From: Piedraia hortae CBS 480.64
Lineage: Eukaryota
Assembly (NCBI GenBank): GCA_010093745.1
Contig: MU005977.1
Location: forward strand, 1-64,000
Direction: 5' to 3'
Length of the DNA stretch: 64,000 nucleotides
The notes under the pieces were generated by a model. That model ran no database searches. It was given only the letters and a program-made list of their open reading frames with translations, and was not told the origin of the DNA. A program made the position numbers and the translations under genes. This document shows positions 35,955 through 46,746 of this stretch, piece by piece. Positions within the stretch are counted from its first letter, which is position 1. Each line of letters opens with the position of its first letter.

Positions 35955-36309
35955 CAAGATATCCGCTCCTGAGTTGTCGTGTACATCTGTAAACGTGTTC
36001 TAGCGTTCGCTCTATGTACTTGTTCTTCTAGCCTGTCATTTGCCCTGTTTCCTTTCAAATTATCATGTTCCAAGTCGGTCCTTCCCACGCACGCGGTGGA
36101 CAAGATTAGCTTACATAGTGCTCTCGCGCGACAACAATTAACATTTAACATGCGATAACTCTACCAATATGGCAGTCAAACACTTAAAAAAAGGCTCAAT
36201 AGATGGAGCTGCTGCTGCAGATCCTGATGCGCTCTTTCTGCATCGTTACGTTCGATCAATGGCCTACTAAACGAAGTTTTCGTGAGAATTTTTAAACATG
36301 CCTAGAGTA

Positions 36310-36490
36310 TGCCGATTTGGTGCTACAAGAAGACCAAAACTCTTCACGCGGAGGAACCGCGGACTGAGACGGTAATATCCAGCAAAGAAAATGCAGACAT
36401 GGCTTAAAAATCGATCCGATTACTCCGGCCTCCCAAACCTCTCACTAATCGAGAAAGCCTGGGAAAATTTGAAGCCGCCCATGAGGAAAG
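36310..36490 (+). mobile_element. Tc1/mariner transposase remnant
   Basis: DLVLQEDQNSSRG..HGLK.. then, after a frameshift, PNLSLIEKAWENLK, resembling the DDE tail SPDLNPIENxWxxLK. Confidence 0.6.
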
Positions 36491-36811
36491 AACTACATGG
36501 GATCAAATCTCTGGTCGAAGAAGTTGTCACTGGTGGGTCTTTTGCTGAATTCGATTCACAAATGCTGCTCTGCAATGCCAACATGTCTCTCGGCCAGTAT
36601 TGATGCTGACAGGAGCATCACGAAGTATTAACATTCCAAACCATGACCAAGATGTTCTATCTCTTGGCATGTGAAGTGCTATTGAAAACCTCCCGATTAT
36701 GAAAACCCAGAAGTCATGATGGTTGAAAGGAATCAAGCAATCGAGGATCAGTAAAAGAACTCCAAAGACACGAAGGTAAGCTACATGATTACTCGCCCTT
36801 ATATCCGTCTT

Positions 36812-37735
36812 TTAATCTTTCCTCAGCCTTCTGTTGTCCACGACCGAGTTTTGCGCCACGCGATTCTTTCCCTTCTCTTGCTGCTCTTCGTTTGCGGCAG
36901 GCATGCCTTCCGACTGTTCCGCGTTTGGCTGGTCTGTTACTTTTTCCGGCGGCTCTGCGGTTTGCTGGCTTGACGCGTCTCCCGATGATTCCGCCCTTGA
37001 ATGACTTCGTCCGTCTTCGGATGTAAAAGCGAAAGAATCTGGCATCGAGGTCCGCGTGTGTACTTGCTGCTCTTTTGCAAGGACGATCGGCACGCCACCC
37101 TTCACATAGATTATTGCCGGCAGTCGACTTGGGTCAATCACCTGTCTCCAAATTAGTTTGCGTCGAGTGAGGTAGGTGTTAACTTACCCTGTTGTCCCAC
37201 CTCTGTACCCTTTTCCGCCTCCTCCTCCGGGAAGCAGATGCTAATATCGTACTTCTTTCCTTACGGTTTCCATGGGACCAGAATGCTTGTGAGCGACTTT
37301 GGATCAGGTGACAGAGTCACCATTTCCGACGTCCCGTCCTTGGCAAATTTTGCGAAAAATGGGTCATTGGGCCCGGTTATGGTGTCAGTGTACCGCTCGC
37401 GAAGATCATATTCTTGGCACGGCCTCATTAGGTACCCCATGAGGCACCCACTGCGGACTACTGCTACCCCGGGCAGTCCCGCCTCAAATTCAGCTTCATC
37501 CAGACCCAGGTGCCAGGTCTGCAGCTTTTGGGGCTTGCAGCCTGACACCCAGATTCTCTTGCGGCCTTTCGTGAAGAAACAGCTACCATAGGCCGAGACT
37601 TCAAGATGGTTTGCCCTTAGCGCTACGGGCGTTGGGTGCGTGACACGCTGGACACTTTACAAAGCTTTTTATGGAGTGACCAATGCCTGAGATGGGGCAC
37701 GCCCCCGACCAAATGCCCGATGCAGTGGAGTTCAT
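36812..37735 (-). pseudogene. Orphan gene relic with one intron and in-frame stops
   Basis: Canonical intron ~37142-37187 (GTAAGT..ACTAAT..CAG). The frame continues past the TAA at 37261. No recognisable domain. Confidence 0.35.
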
Positions 37736-38395
37736 TTTGAGTGAAAGTTGTGATTGGATGTATACTCTCCGCGACTGAAAAAGTCTAGGACGATGGGTGA
37801 AAGGCTGCACGGTAATTAGAGTCATGGAAGATGCTACGCAAGGAGTTAAGATATGCAAAGCAAACGCACGATAACTGGGCCTGACTCCTAGAAGACAAGG
37901 TCAATTGCGACGACCAATAAACTAGAAAGAAGCTCTAGTCACCAGGCGTGCTGATGAAAGCTTGGCCGGTGGTTTGGACAGGCAGCCTGTGAGCATACTT
38001 ACCGATGTCTTCTATCTTGGATACTCGCTATGAGACATTAAAGGACCGGCCGTGGCAGGTCGCTCACCACCTCATACGGAAAGGTCTCTTGGGCCTGTAG
38101 GATGAACGATAAAGTTATGGTTAGAGATTTTAATAATGCAATCGCCATACTAGCGCAGGAAACAATAGCTTCGCAAGAAGCAATTCGCACTCGTACCAAG
38201 CGGGAACCAATGAGCAAATGCTCTGTCGAGGTCAAACTTTGCACCACCCCGGATCCAACCATCGAGTTTGTCCAATCTGCTGTCCAACATCAGCAGCATC
38301 TTTGCTGCGCAGCAACAGCATTGTTAATCAAACTAGTGACACCAACATTTACACTGTTCATCAAGCTTCATCCTTCCGTTTGCATGGGCCGGAGT

Positions 38396-41300
38396 TTAAC
38401 AGCGAGCTGGGCCCCGATCCTGTCCCGCTTTGGCACCTTTCTTTCGACCGGAGTCTGGCCTCCCCGGATTGCTATCGGCAACTGAACCTTTTGTACGTCC
38501 CGCAGTAGTATGATCAGTTGGGTGAATGAATGTACCGTTCGCACGCTGTTGATTTCGCACATCTCCCTTCCCATCGGACTTGATTTTGGTTCCAGCAGGA
38601 GAATCGTTAACTTGAGTTGGAGCACTACGGCAAGCTGGGTGAGCGGCGGTGCCATCCGCGTGCTGTTGCGTTCGAACGTTATTCTCCCCACCAAATCCAG
38701 TTTCACTCTGGTTTGTGCCGGTAGCAGCTTTTCCACCCACATTTGGAGCGGTAGAAGCATCAGTGGAAGTTGCGACTCTTGCCCCACTCTGTACCTGAAC
38801 TCCTCCCGTCTGATCAGACTCGCCCACATATGTATCTTGCGCTTTCCACCACACAAGGGGCGAACTCTTTCTGGCATTTTGGGCCGGACCTTTAGCTGAT
38901 GTGGCGGCATAGACATATTTACGATGAGCAGATTGTGTGCTCGCGTCCGCACCAGGTTGGATTTGACCTAACCCTTTACGGCCAGGCCTGTTCAAGTCTG
39001 TGGACGCGCCATTTTGACGATTCCATCTTTTTTTCCGGTTTCTGCTTTCATCCGCTTTCGCAGGAGCAGCCTCAATCGCTGGACTCGTACGTGCGCTCTT
39101 TTGAAGTTGGCATCCTTCCTCCTGGTCAGATCTGAGCATAGTCCCATTTATGATTTCAGTATTCGTTCCGTTTTGCACTTGGGCTCCTTTGTTCTGACCG
39201 AATTTGCTCCCGTTCGCAGCAACAGAATGGCCAACAAAAATATGAACGGCAATGTCATCCGGACTACTTCGAGCTTGACCCTTTTCCTCCTGATCAGATT
39301 TGCTTAACTCTGCATCGTTGCCTCCAGAAAACCCAATGGCGCCAAACGTAATGCCACTTGGAAGATGGACCACTCCTTTCTGAACCAGCCTCTTCCCGTT
39401 TGCAGTCACAGCAGTCACAGCAGCTCTCTTCGAGGAAGTAATAGCATTATGAGAAGAATCAGCTTCTTTACCGCTGCGAGCTCGAGGTGAAAGTTCTTCC
39501 CTCCGGGTATTTGCTCCAAAGATGCGTGGAAACCCGCCTCCCGAGTAAATCTTTTCGCGAATTCGATTTAAGGACTCTTCTTTTGGGTCAGCATTCGCAT
39601 TGGCTCTTGCAGCATTAGCTCTACCATAATCAGGGGGATATGCACGCTGAGGATAGACTCCCGTACCCCAAGTCGACTGGGTGATATCAGTTTGGACTCC
39701 ATCTTGCAACTCAGATGTGCTTACTTTGGCATTCGCACTATACTGGGAGTAAGAATCATAAGGAAAGTGAGAATTTTCTTGATGAACAGGCCTTGTTCCA
39801 TCAGTGCCCCATTCAGCAGCGGCGTTAGGAGCAGCGTGCCCATGAATTGGAGGATATACATTTCTAGTATACCCGTCCATATAGTGGGCGTACGGCTGAT
39901 TGATGTCAGTCTGTGCTCCATCCTGCAAGTCTGATGCACTTACGTATGGATAAGCACTATTTCCGTGGCAAACATTTCTGAAAATGCGGGGCGGTCTATT
40001 ATCATGTGTTCTTATAACATTAGCGGCGGTAATTGCATTAGGAGCAGCAACACCCGCTCCAAGATGGTCTCGTGGATAGCCAGTCCCAGTATACCCTTGT
40101 ATATAATGGGAGTACGCCTGATTGACGTAAGTTTGGGCTCTACTGCGCAGGTCGGATATATTTACGTTGGATAAAGCAGGAACTCTGTGGTATGCATTCC
40201 AGAGAGAGTGAGAATACCCGTCCTGCTGATTGCCCGCGGCGGCGGTAGCACCAAGAGCGGCAGGCTCATGATGTGGAGGGTATGCATCCCCATTATACCG
40301 ACTCTGTGCGATGTCAACCAAAGCTCCGTTCTGCAAATGAGATGGGCTTACACATGGATAAGCAGTATTCGCGGGGTTTCCATGCCCGAGAAAACGAGAA
40401 GGATACTCGTTTCGATCAGTGTCGGCATCAGGAGCAGCAACATCTGCACTGGAAAGGACTTGCTGGTACCCACCCCCGGTATAACCTTCCGCATTCCGAG
40501 TCGACTGGTTCATGTCAACCTGAGATCTGCTATGCTGATCAAAATTTCTCGTATCCACGGACGCAACATCCGCATGAGCAAGAGGCAGCGCAGCTTTAGT
40601 ATCGCTTTGAAGCAGTGAAGTTTTATCGTTAGCAGACTGTGTAACATTCCCACCCGTGGTAGGAGGAGCAGGAGGGAGTGAAGGGACCGGGCTATGATCA
40701 CATCCACGAGGGTGGCGGAAGGAACTCAAGTCAGAAGCAGACCGGTAATCATAACGTGGATCCCCGCCAGAATCGCACTTGTTTTCGTTTGCTTCGTGGG
40801 ATTGATGTTCTCTCTGCCAATGTCCCCTCTGACAAACAAATTCCTGGCCGTACGCAGTAGCAGCATCATACGGAGGGGCAGGATCAGGCGCGGCTTTAGC
40901 ACTCGTGCCGTTTTGAAGGCGATAATTCCCTTTGCAATCAGAACTTTTCATACCTGAGTTTACTCTGGCAGAAGTTGATGGAGGATTAGCATCCGCAGGA
41001 CACTTCTCAGAAAGAGTCGCGGCGTCACCCAGAGCAACACCCGTCCCCTGCTGGCTCTGAACGCGTTGCACTGTATCAAATTCCTTTGCATCCTGTAGCA
41101 AGCGATCGAGCTCAATCTTGCGGCTCTTTTGGGCTTGTGACTGAGTAAGAACAGGTGCAGCGTTGTTATTCGTGATGTCTCGAAGGTGTGCATTTTTTTC
41201 GCGATTAGGCTTTTTTATATCACCGCCTGCGTCAGCAAGAGTGGGAGAAGGAGTAGCGTCTGCAGCAAGTTTTTCAGGAGTGGAAGAAGCTTTAACTGGA

Positions 41301-42352
41301 GTAACATTCCTGGTCCATTGACTTTGAGCATATTGCTCCTGGCCCGAAATTCTCGCTTGCTGGAACGGTTCATCAATATCAAGAGTGAGGCTTTCTTGAG
41401 CTGGGGGTTCATTTCGCAAATCAGTACCAGTATGCGTAGTGTTTGCACCTGTGCTGCTTCGAGGCTGATAGTTCTCCTTCTGAACAGGTTTCGTTCCCTC
41501 CTGGTACGTGACAACAGGAGTCGCAGGAGCAGCGTCTGCTGGATGCTCATCAAATGAAATAGGAATTCCCCTATCATGGCTTGACTTTCCCCCAAGAGTA
41601 GACTGGTTTTCACCAACAAACAGCCATTCATTATCAATGTTGGTGTCGGTTTGATTTGGAGTCGTTTCCCGAGCAGATTGGCTGCTTTCGGCAAACAGCC
41701 GTTCAAGATCGATCTTGGTGCCACTATGGCTCGGGGTTGACTTCGCATTCGGATCCCATTTTGCGATTCCCCTAAGGGGAGAAGACTCTGCAGCAATCTC
41801 AATGTCTGCAGGTTGATCGTTCCCTTCATTCTCACCCACAGAGTGACTTCTGTCCTCCCCAGGCAAAGCATATTTATCAGCATCCTTATCTCCGACCAAA
41901 TCTCGAAATCTCTGAACAAGCCTCTCCCCAAGTCCCTTCAACCTATCATCATCTTCATATACCCAGAATCCAGCCACGCCGCTTGCCACCTCGAGCATAA
42001 TAAACTTCTTTTGGGGATCAAAATCCACTCCACTCACGGCGGCTAGGGGCAAGATCAAATTACTGAGGCTCTTGCGGTTCAAAACGACGGTTGTGTATCC
42101 CGATGAGGTTTCCCCCGCAGGGATCGTATCATTGCCGACGTTCTTGGCACTTCCTTTAGTCGAACAAAGAAACAGTGCACCCTCGCATTCAGCGGAATCC
42201 CAAGCCTGGCCCTCGGAAGAGAAAGAATACAGGACCACAAAAGGGGCGATCATTATGATTTCGTCGATCGAGGGGACGATTCGGCGAAGGACCCGGAGGT
42301 TGAGACTTTTGGTGTCCGATTCTGCGTTGGGGTTGGGGTTTTCGGGCGGCAT
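38396..42352 (-). CDS. Dcp1-like decapping cofactor (N-terminal EVH1 domain) with a very long low-complexity tail, 1318 aa
   Basis: LNLRVLRR.VPSIDEII.IAPFVVLYSF..QAWDS..CEGALFLC..YTTVVLNRKSLSNL..FIML..GFWVY matches the Dcp1 EVH1 pattern. Uninterrupted ORF. Confidence 0.85.
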   Translation of the reverse strand: MPPENPNPNAESDTKSLNLRVLRRIVPSIDEIIMIAPFVVLYSFSSEGQAWDSAECEGALFLCSTKGSAKNVGNDTIPAGETSSGYTTVVLNRKSLSNLILPLAAVSGVDFDPQKKFIMLEVASGVAGFWVYEDDDRLKGLGERLVQRFRDLVGDKDADKYALPGEDRSHSVGENEGNDQPADIEIAAESSPLRGIAKWDPNAKSTPSHSGTKIDLERLFAESSQSARETTPNQTDTNIDNEWLFVGENQSTLGGKSSHDRGIPISFDEHPADAAPATPVVTYQEGTKPVQKENYQPRSSTGANTTHTGTDLRNEPPAQESLTLDIDEPFQQARISGQEQYAQSQWTRNVTPVKASSTPEKLAADATPSPTLADAGGDIKKPNREKNAHLRDITNNNAAPVLTQSQAQKSRKIELDRLLQDAKEFDTVQRVQSQQGTGVALGDAATLSEKCPADANPPSTSARVNSGMKSSDCKGNYRLQNGTSAKAAPDPAPPYDAATAYGQEFVCQRGHWQREHQSHEANENKCDSGGDPRYDYRSASDLSSFRHPRGCDHSPVPSLPPAPPTTGGNVTQSANDKTSLLQSDTKAALPLAHADVASVDTRNFDQHSRSQVDMNQSTRNAEGYTGGGYQQVLSSADVAAPDADTDRNEYPSRFLGHGNPANTAYPCVSPSHLQNGALVDIAQSRYNGDAYPPHHEPAALGATAAAGNQQDGYSHSLWNAYHRVPALSNVNISDLRSRAQTYVNQAYSHYIQGYTGTGYPRDHLGAGVAAPNAITAANVIRTHDNRPPRIFRNVCHGNSAYPYVSASDLQDGAQTDINQPYAHYMDGYTRNVYPPIHGHAAPNAAAEWGTDGTRPVHQENSHFPYDSYSQYSANAKVSTSELQDGVQTDITQSTWGTGVYPQRAYPPDYGRANAARANANADPKEESLNRIREKIYSGGGFPRIFGANTRREELSPRARSGKEADSSHNAITSSKRAAVTAVTANGKRLVQKGVVHLPSGITFGAIGFSGGNDAELSKSDQEEKGQARSSPDDIAVHIFVGHSVAANGSKFGQNKGAQVQNGTNTEIINGTMLRSDQEEGCQLQKSARTSPAIEAAPAKADESRNRKKRWNRQNGASTDLNRPGRKGLGQIQPGADASTQSAHRKYVYAATSAKGPAQNARKSSPLVWWKAQDTYVGESDQTGGVQVQSGARVATSTDASTAPNVGGKAATGTNQSETGFGGENNVRTQQHADGTAAHPACRSAPTQVNDSPAGTKIKSDGKGDVRNQQRANGTFIHPTDHTTAGRTKGSVADSNPGRPDSGRKKGAKAGQDRGPARC

Positions 42353-43194
42353 TTCAGTTTGAACTGGGGATTTGGGTGGATCGGTGGTTAGGTTGGTTAG
42401 TTGGTTGGGTCGATGTGTTGGTGGCTGGGGTATCGATGGTTAATGTTTCAATGATAATTCGTGTGATGGCTGAATTTTGATAGATGAGTGTCGATGGTTG
42501 CGTGTTGCGATCATTGTCTGTCTGACTAAGTGATGACTATAGGATTGCACAGATCCAAGTGAAGAAGTCACATGGTAGCTGTTGCCTTCTCAGAATTAGA
42601 AATAAGAGGGAAGCAATTTTGGGAAATAGAGAACCGGAAAAGTATACAGTGCGCAAAGACTGCTCCACACATCATTGGCCACTTCATTACCAGCATACAG
42701 CCCAAGATTCTTTCTAACGTTGTCTAATGTCATGGTTCCCTCAAACATGTCCTTTGATGGCTTTGTGATTTCTCAGTCGATGCTTTGACTGAAGTCATAG
42801 AATCGCGCTTTGGCAGCATAAAATCCTTATCGTTAACGGCTTCGTACTCAATGCTTACTTCAAGTTACCCCTTTCCAATGCTGACGCCGGAGATGTTGAC
42901 AGGGTACGAGCTGTGTGTTCATCGAGCAAATCTTTGAGCTGGCTGATAAAGTGAAAAGAGCGTGGCCGTCTTGCAGCAAGACGTGGACCGTCTGGCAGTG
43001 TAGTTCGGATTATCATCCTTGCTGTCAATCAGCAGACTATGTATACAGATTACTCCTTGTTGAAAAATATTCTAGATATGACAATGTTATCCCACTGACT
43101 TTATCAATCAACCCCTTCCATGCTACTCTCACGCTTGGCTTCCCGCCAACCGATCCATCTTCTCTCTCAGGAGACCTTCGAGCCAAGGCGGCGA

Positions 43195-43657
43195 CTAGAG
43201 CAGAACTGGGACAACCCTCATGAGATTTTTCGGTTTCTTTCCTTCACAGTACGATACCGATGATAGTACGTTGCACCAAGTCCTAATAAGGGCCAGGAGG
43301 GTCCTAAGATCCATAATAGGGAGGCAGGCCAGTTGTTCGACTACTTCATGGGTCCTCAGATCTTTGGCCAGCGGCAGACAGATTGTCACAGTTGCTTCCC
43401 CTCCTTCCCTCCCAATGAGAATCATGCTCAGCATAAGAGGGCGCCGGAAATGCTCATTGTCTGGAGGGCACAGCATGAGCAGTTCAAAAGCAAAGCCGAG
43501 ATGTGTAAGCGGAGGTATCTTGGAAACAAATCCCTGGATGGTAACTTGAGATGATTGTTGAGAAACGGAGGCTCCCCCGATGGCCTTGTTATAAGGCTTC
43601 CTGACGGATTCTTCCAGGTAGTCCGTCGCCACATGCCAAAAGTGGCGAGGTATTGCA
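43195..43657 (-). pseudogene. Unidentified coding relic cut at its 5' end by an LTR
   Basis: A ~150-codon open frame runs directly out of the LTR terminus at 43658. No motif recognised. Confidence 0.3.
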
Positions 43658-43880
43658 TGTTGGATCCAAGTATCGCCGCTAGCGCGTATGCGGGGCACTT
43701 CCATAGCAAGTCAGCAATACCTCCTACACTTCCAGCTGCACCCTAGGTTTTTTCCTTCACAGAGTTTTTCCCTCAGGGTCATACTATATGTGACATGGCG
43801 AATGCGCCCTGCTAGTGTATGACGTGACGTCACCGGCCCACCGGTACAGAATAAATATTTTGTACCGGTGGGCCGGTGGC
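43658..43880 (+). mobile_element. Truncated family A LTR ending in a fold-back inversion
   Basis: Starts TGTTGGATCC and matches family A for ~195 bp, then reads back as an inverted copy (43831-43878). Confidence 0.88.
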
Positions 43881-43883
43881 GAC

Positions 43884-44175
43884 TGAAGAAATATGGAGGT
43901 GGTGAACTAGCGCAGCGTCATGTGCAGTATGGATTTCGGATTATTCGGGTTAGGAAAAGGTGTGTGAGGCACATATATGCGTGGCTGGGTGTGTGTATGT
44001 AGGTGTTGACGTGAAGTGGTGAGGTGAAGTGCGAAAATTCACCTCACACTAAACCAGGCCTAGCCGCATTTACCGAAACCACGTCACCGAGCACGCACCG
44101 AGCATGAATGGCACCGTGCTTCGTCCCAGGGGAAACTTCCTCCTATGGAGGTAAAAACCCTGAAAGGCATCGACA
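43884..44175 (-). mobile_element. Probable solo LTR, family D
   Basis: TG...CA bounded ~290-bp segment holding the same U-rich-loop hairpin (44127-44162). Single copy; TSD ambiguous (GCGAC/TCGAC if it ends at 44169). Confidence 0.45.
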
Positions 44176-44605
44176 TCTAAGCTCGCAGTTGCGACCTGGC
44201 TGCATACTATATGAGAGTGTTTACAGTCTCACACTTGCTTCTACGCATTTGTGTTGCTTTAATGTCGAATGATGATGGTTAATGAGATCCAATCGCGACT
44301 GCAACGAAACTCGCCTCAAAATTAGTTATCGGATAATTTTATCTATTTCGTGCTAGTGATAACCTACAAGTATGAGATATACTGCAATGGGTAGGCCATT
44401 CAAATTCTTATCGAGTGGCATCACTATGCAATTGTATTTCCCCTATGAATTGTTTGTGCCGGACATGTTGTCTAACTGGTGCTAAGTAGTTGGGAAGGTG
44501 TGTAGGGCTCCATTAGTGACATTGATTCTTCCGTTGTTCATCATTACAGTCTTGAGGATGCAAGACCTTAAATCCAACCACTCACAAGCATATGTGACAA
44601 TGCTG

Positions 44606-44979
44606 TGTTGGCATGAAGTCTCGTTGCTATCAGTGTACGATGCCACTGCGCGACACCTCTTACACCAGCAGCTGCACCCTAGGTTTTGTCCTCACAGAGG
44701 TTTCCCTCAGGGTCATGTCGCATGCGACATGACCAATGCGTCCTGCTACTGTTTGAGGTGAGTCAGGGAGTAAGACTGCATGCTGACAGTCTTACTGCAT
44801 GTATAACCTCTTGCTTACGGTCATACAATTGATGACTCTTCATACGAGGCTACGCACGGGTCTTCCAGCCCAGAATATATTCTCTGATGTTCCCTCGAAG
44901 ATATACTTGTATTCACTCATAAAACACATCTCTACTTTCCATCCATCGTTCTCACTCATACATACTATCTGTCTTTTCA
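44606..44979 (+). mobile_element. Solo LTR, family B
   Basis: TGTTGGCA...TTTTCA. TSD TGCTG at 44601-44605 and 44980-44984. Inverted copy at 51898-52268. Confidence 0.92.
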
Positions 44980-45946
44980 TGCTGCACTATGTTCAACGAT
45001 AGCCCCTGATCGTTATGACCCCAAGAACGCGTTTTCGCACAAGCTGCGGCATTCTGTGGCAAATGCAATCGCGACCACTCGAAAAAATAATGGTATGGAT
45101 CATCAGACCATGCACTTCGCGGAAAAGTAGTTTATAACTATGTTGGACTGTTGTAAGAGATGCTATGTATTCGCGTTGAAAGTGTTGCGCAAAAGTGTGC
45201 ACGCTATGGGGAACACTTATGGTGCGCTTCGCAAAAGAACCACAGGGTGCTCATGTGTCGCGGTGGATAAAAACTTCAACGACGCTTTAGACTTCTATCG
45301 GATATTATTCACCCAGAACAGGATTGCTATCCCCCATTTCTTAGTTCACTAAGCCTTCTTTAGTGGCCATGAAATGAATGTATTATAAGATATAGATAGT
45401 TTAGTGTCTTGAAGTCACGGCAGAACCTCGGCTGGTGAATGCGCGCATGGGGTTGGGGACCAATAAGCGAGCATATGCTTTCTCTCGCCCTTGCGGAACC
45501 TTCTCCTTCACTTGAAGCATAAAGCTCCCCGCTTTGGTTACTTGTCTTTTGACGCGTTATGTTTTGTTGTGGTTGGTCCCCATCTCCTGGACGAGGATTC
45601 CCACCTTGCAGCCGCGCCACTCACAGATATTGGGAATTTTAATTCTTGTCGTTCTCCATATTTCCGGGAATCAACGCACGCTCACTTCTAACTAGAGCGT
45701 GTGCAAGGCTTTGCATAAATAATGATGATGATGATTATGATCAAGCCCGTTTCATTTGTGTGAAATCCCAGGTCTTCATTTTCAATCGTTCGACTTCCTG
45801 ATTCATGAACTTCAAGAGTCAGTGTTCCTGTCATTCTGCTAGTGCTAACCCCAAGTACATATATTCCTCACTTTCTCTCTTCTTTTTTTTTTCTCCTATA
45901 TGCCTCGCCAGCGCATATTTAGGATTAGGAAAAAAAACATTTCAAC

Positions 45947-46746
45947 ATGCATCATTTTGATCCCACGGCTTTAACCTTCTTGCCCCACTCCGGGATCCCT
46001 TCCCCATCACCTTTACCATTCGACTCATTCCCGAATCTTGACCAGTGCATGAAAGCGCTTCTCGAAGAACACAGCCTTCGCACAGAAGATGTCAAGATCC
46101 TCTCCGCCGAAAATCTCGGCCTGGAAATTGAAAGGATTTGTTGGGCCTATCAGGATGATGTCGAGCCAGCAGCGAGAGAGGCGGTTACGATCTCCCAAGG
46201 CCCAACCTGCAGTCATTCTTTCACTCGGTCTTGGACCAACTGGCTCGGCCAAGACTCAAGGCGTCCGATGTAAAGGCAGTCTTAGCATCGTTCAAAGCTG
46301 CCAGGGTAAGCGCGCCATTACATGGCATAGTCTTGTTAGACCCCACTCTAAAGCATGTCTTGCTGGTCAAAGGTTATTGAAAGTCGGCGAAATGGATGTT
46401 TCCAGGTGGGAAACTGGAGCCTGGGGAGACAGACATTCAGTGCGCGGTGCGAGAAACTCTTGAAGAAACAAGGCTCAACTTGTTCGACATCGGCCTTGTA
46501 AGGTCCATGAGCGTTCCATTCCTGGATGCGTGCCTGCAAGGCAAACATGTCCGACACTTCCTCGTGCCAGGAATCTCCCTAAGCACGAACTTTGCACCCA
46601 TGACATGCAATGAAATTTCGGAAATACGCTGGTTTCGGGTTTCAGAGCTGGCGCAAAACTGCCAAAGCCAAAAGACCAGTATTTTTTGGGGCGTGGCTCC
46701 CTTCATTGGGCGCCTGAAGGGCTGGATTGGCTCTGGATTCCATTGA
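45947..46746 (+). pseudogene. Dcp2-like mRNA decapping enzyme core (Box A + Nudix) with one frameshift and one TGA
   Basis: Box A-like LEIERICWAYQDD. Frameshift in the GA run at ~46172-46181. HGIVLLDPTLKHVLLVKGY*KSAKWMFP (TGA 46378-46380). Nudix box GKLEPGETDIQCAVRETLEET. Dcp2-type FAPMTCNEISEIRWF and FWGVAPFIGRLKGWI. Confidence 0.85.
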
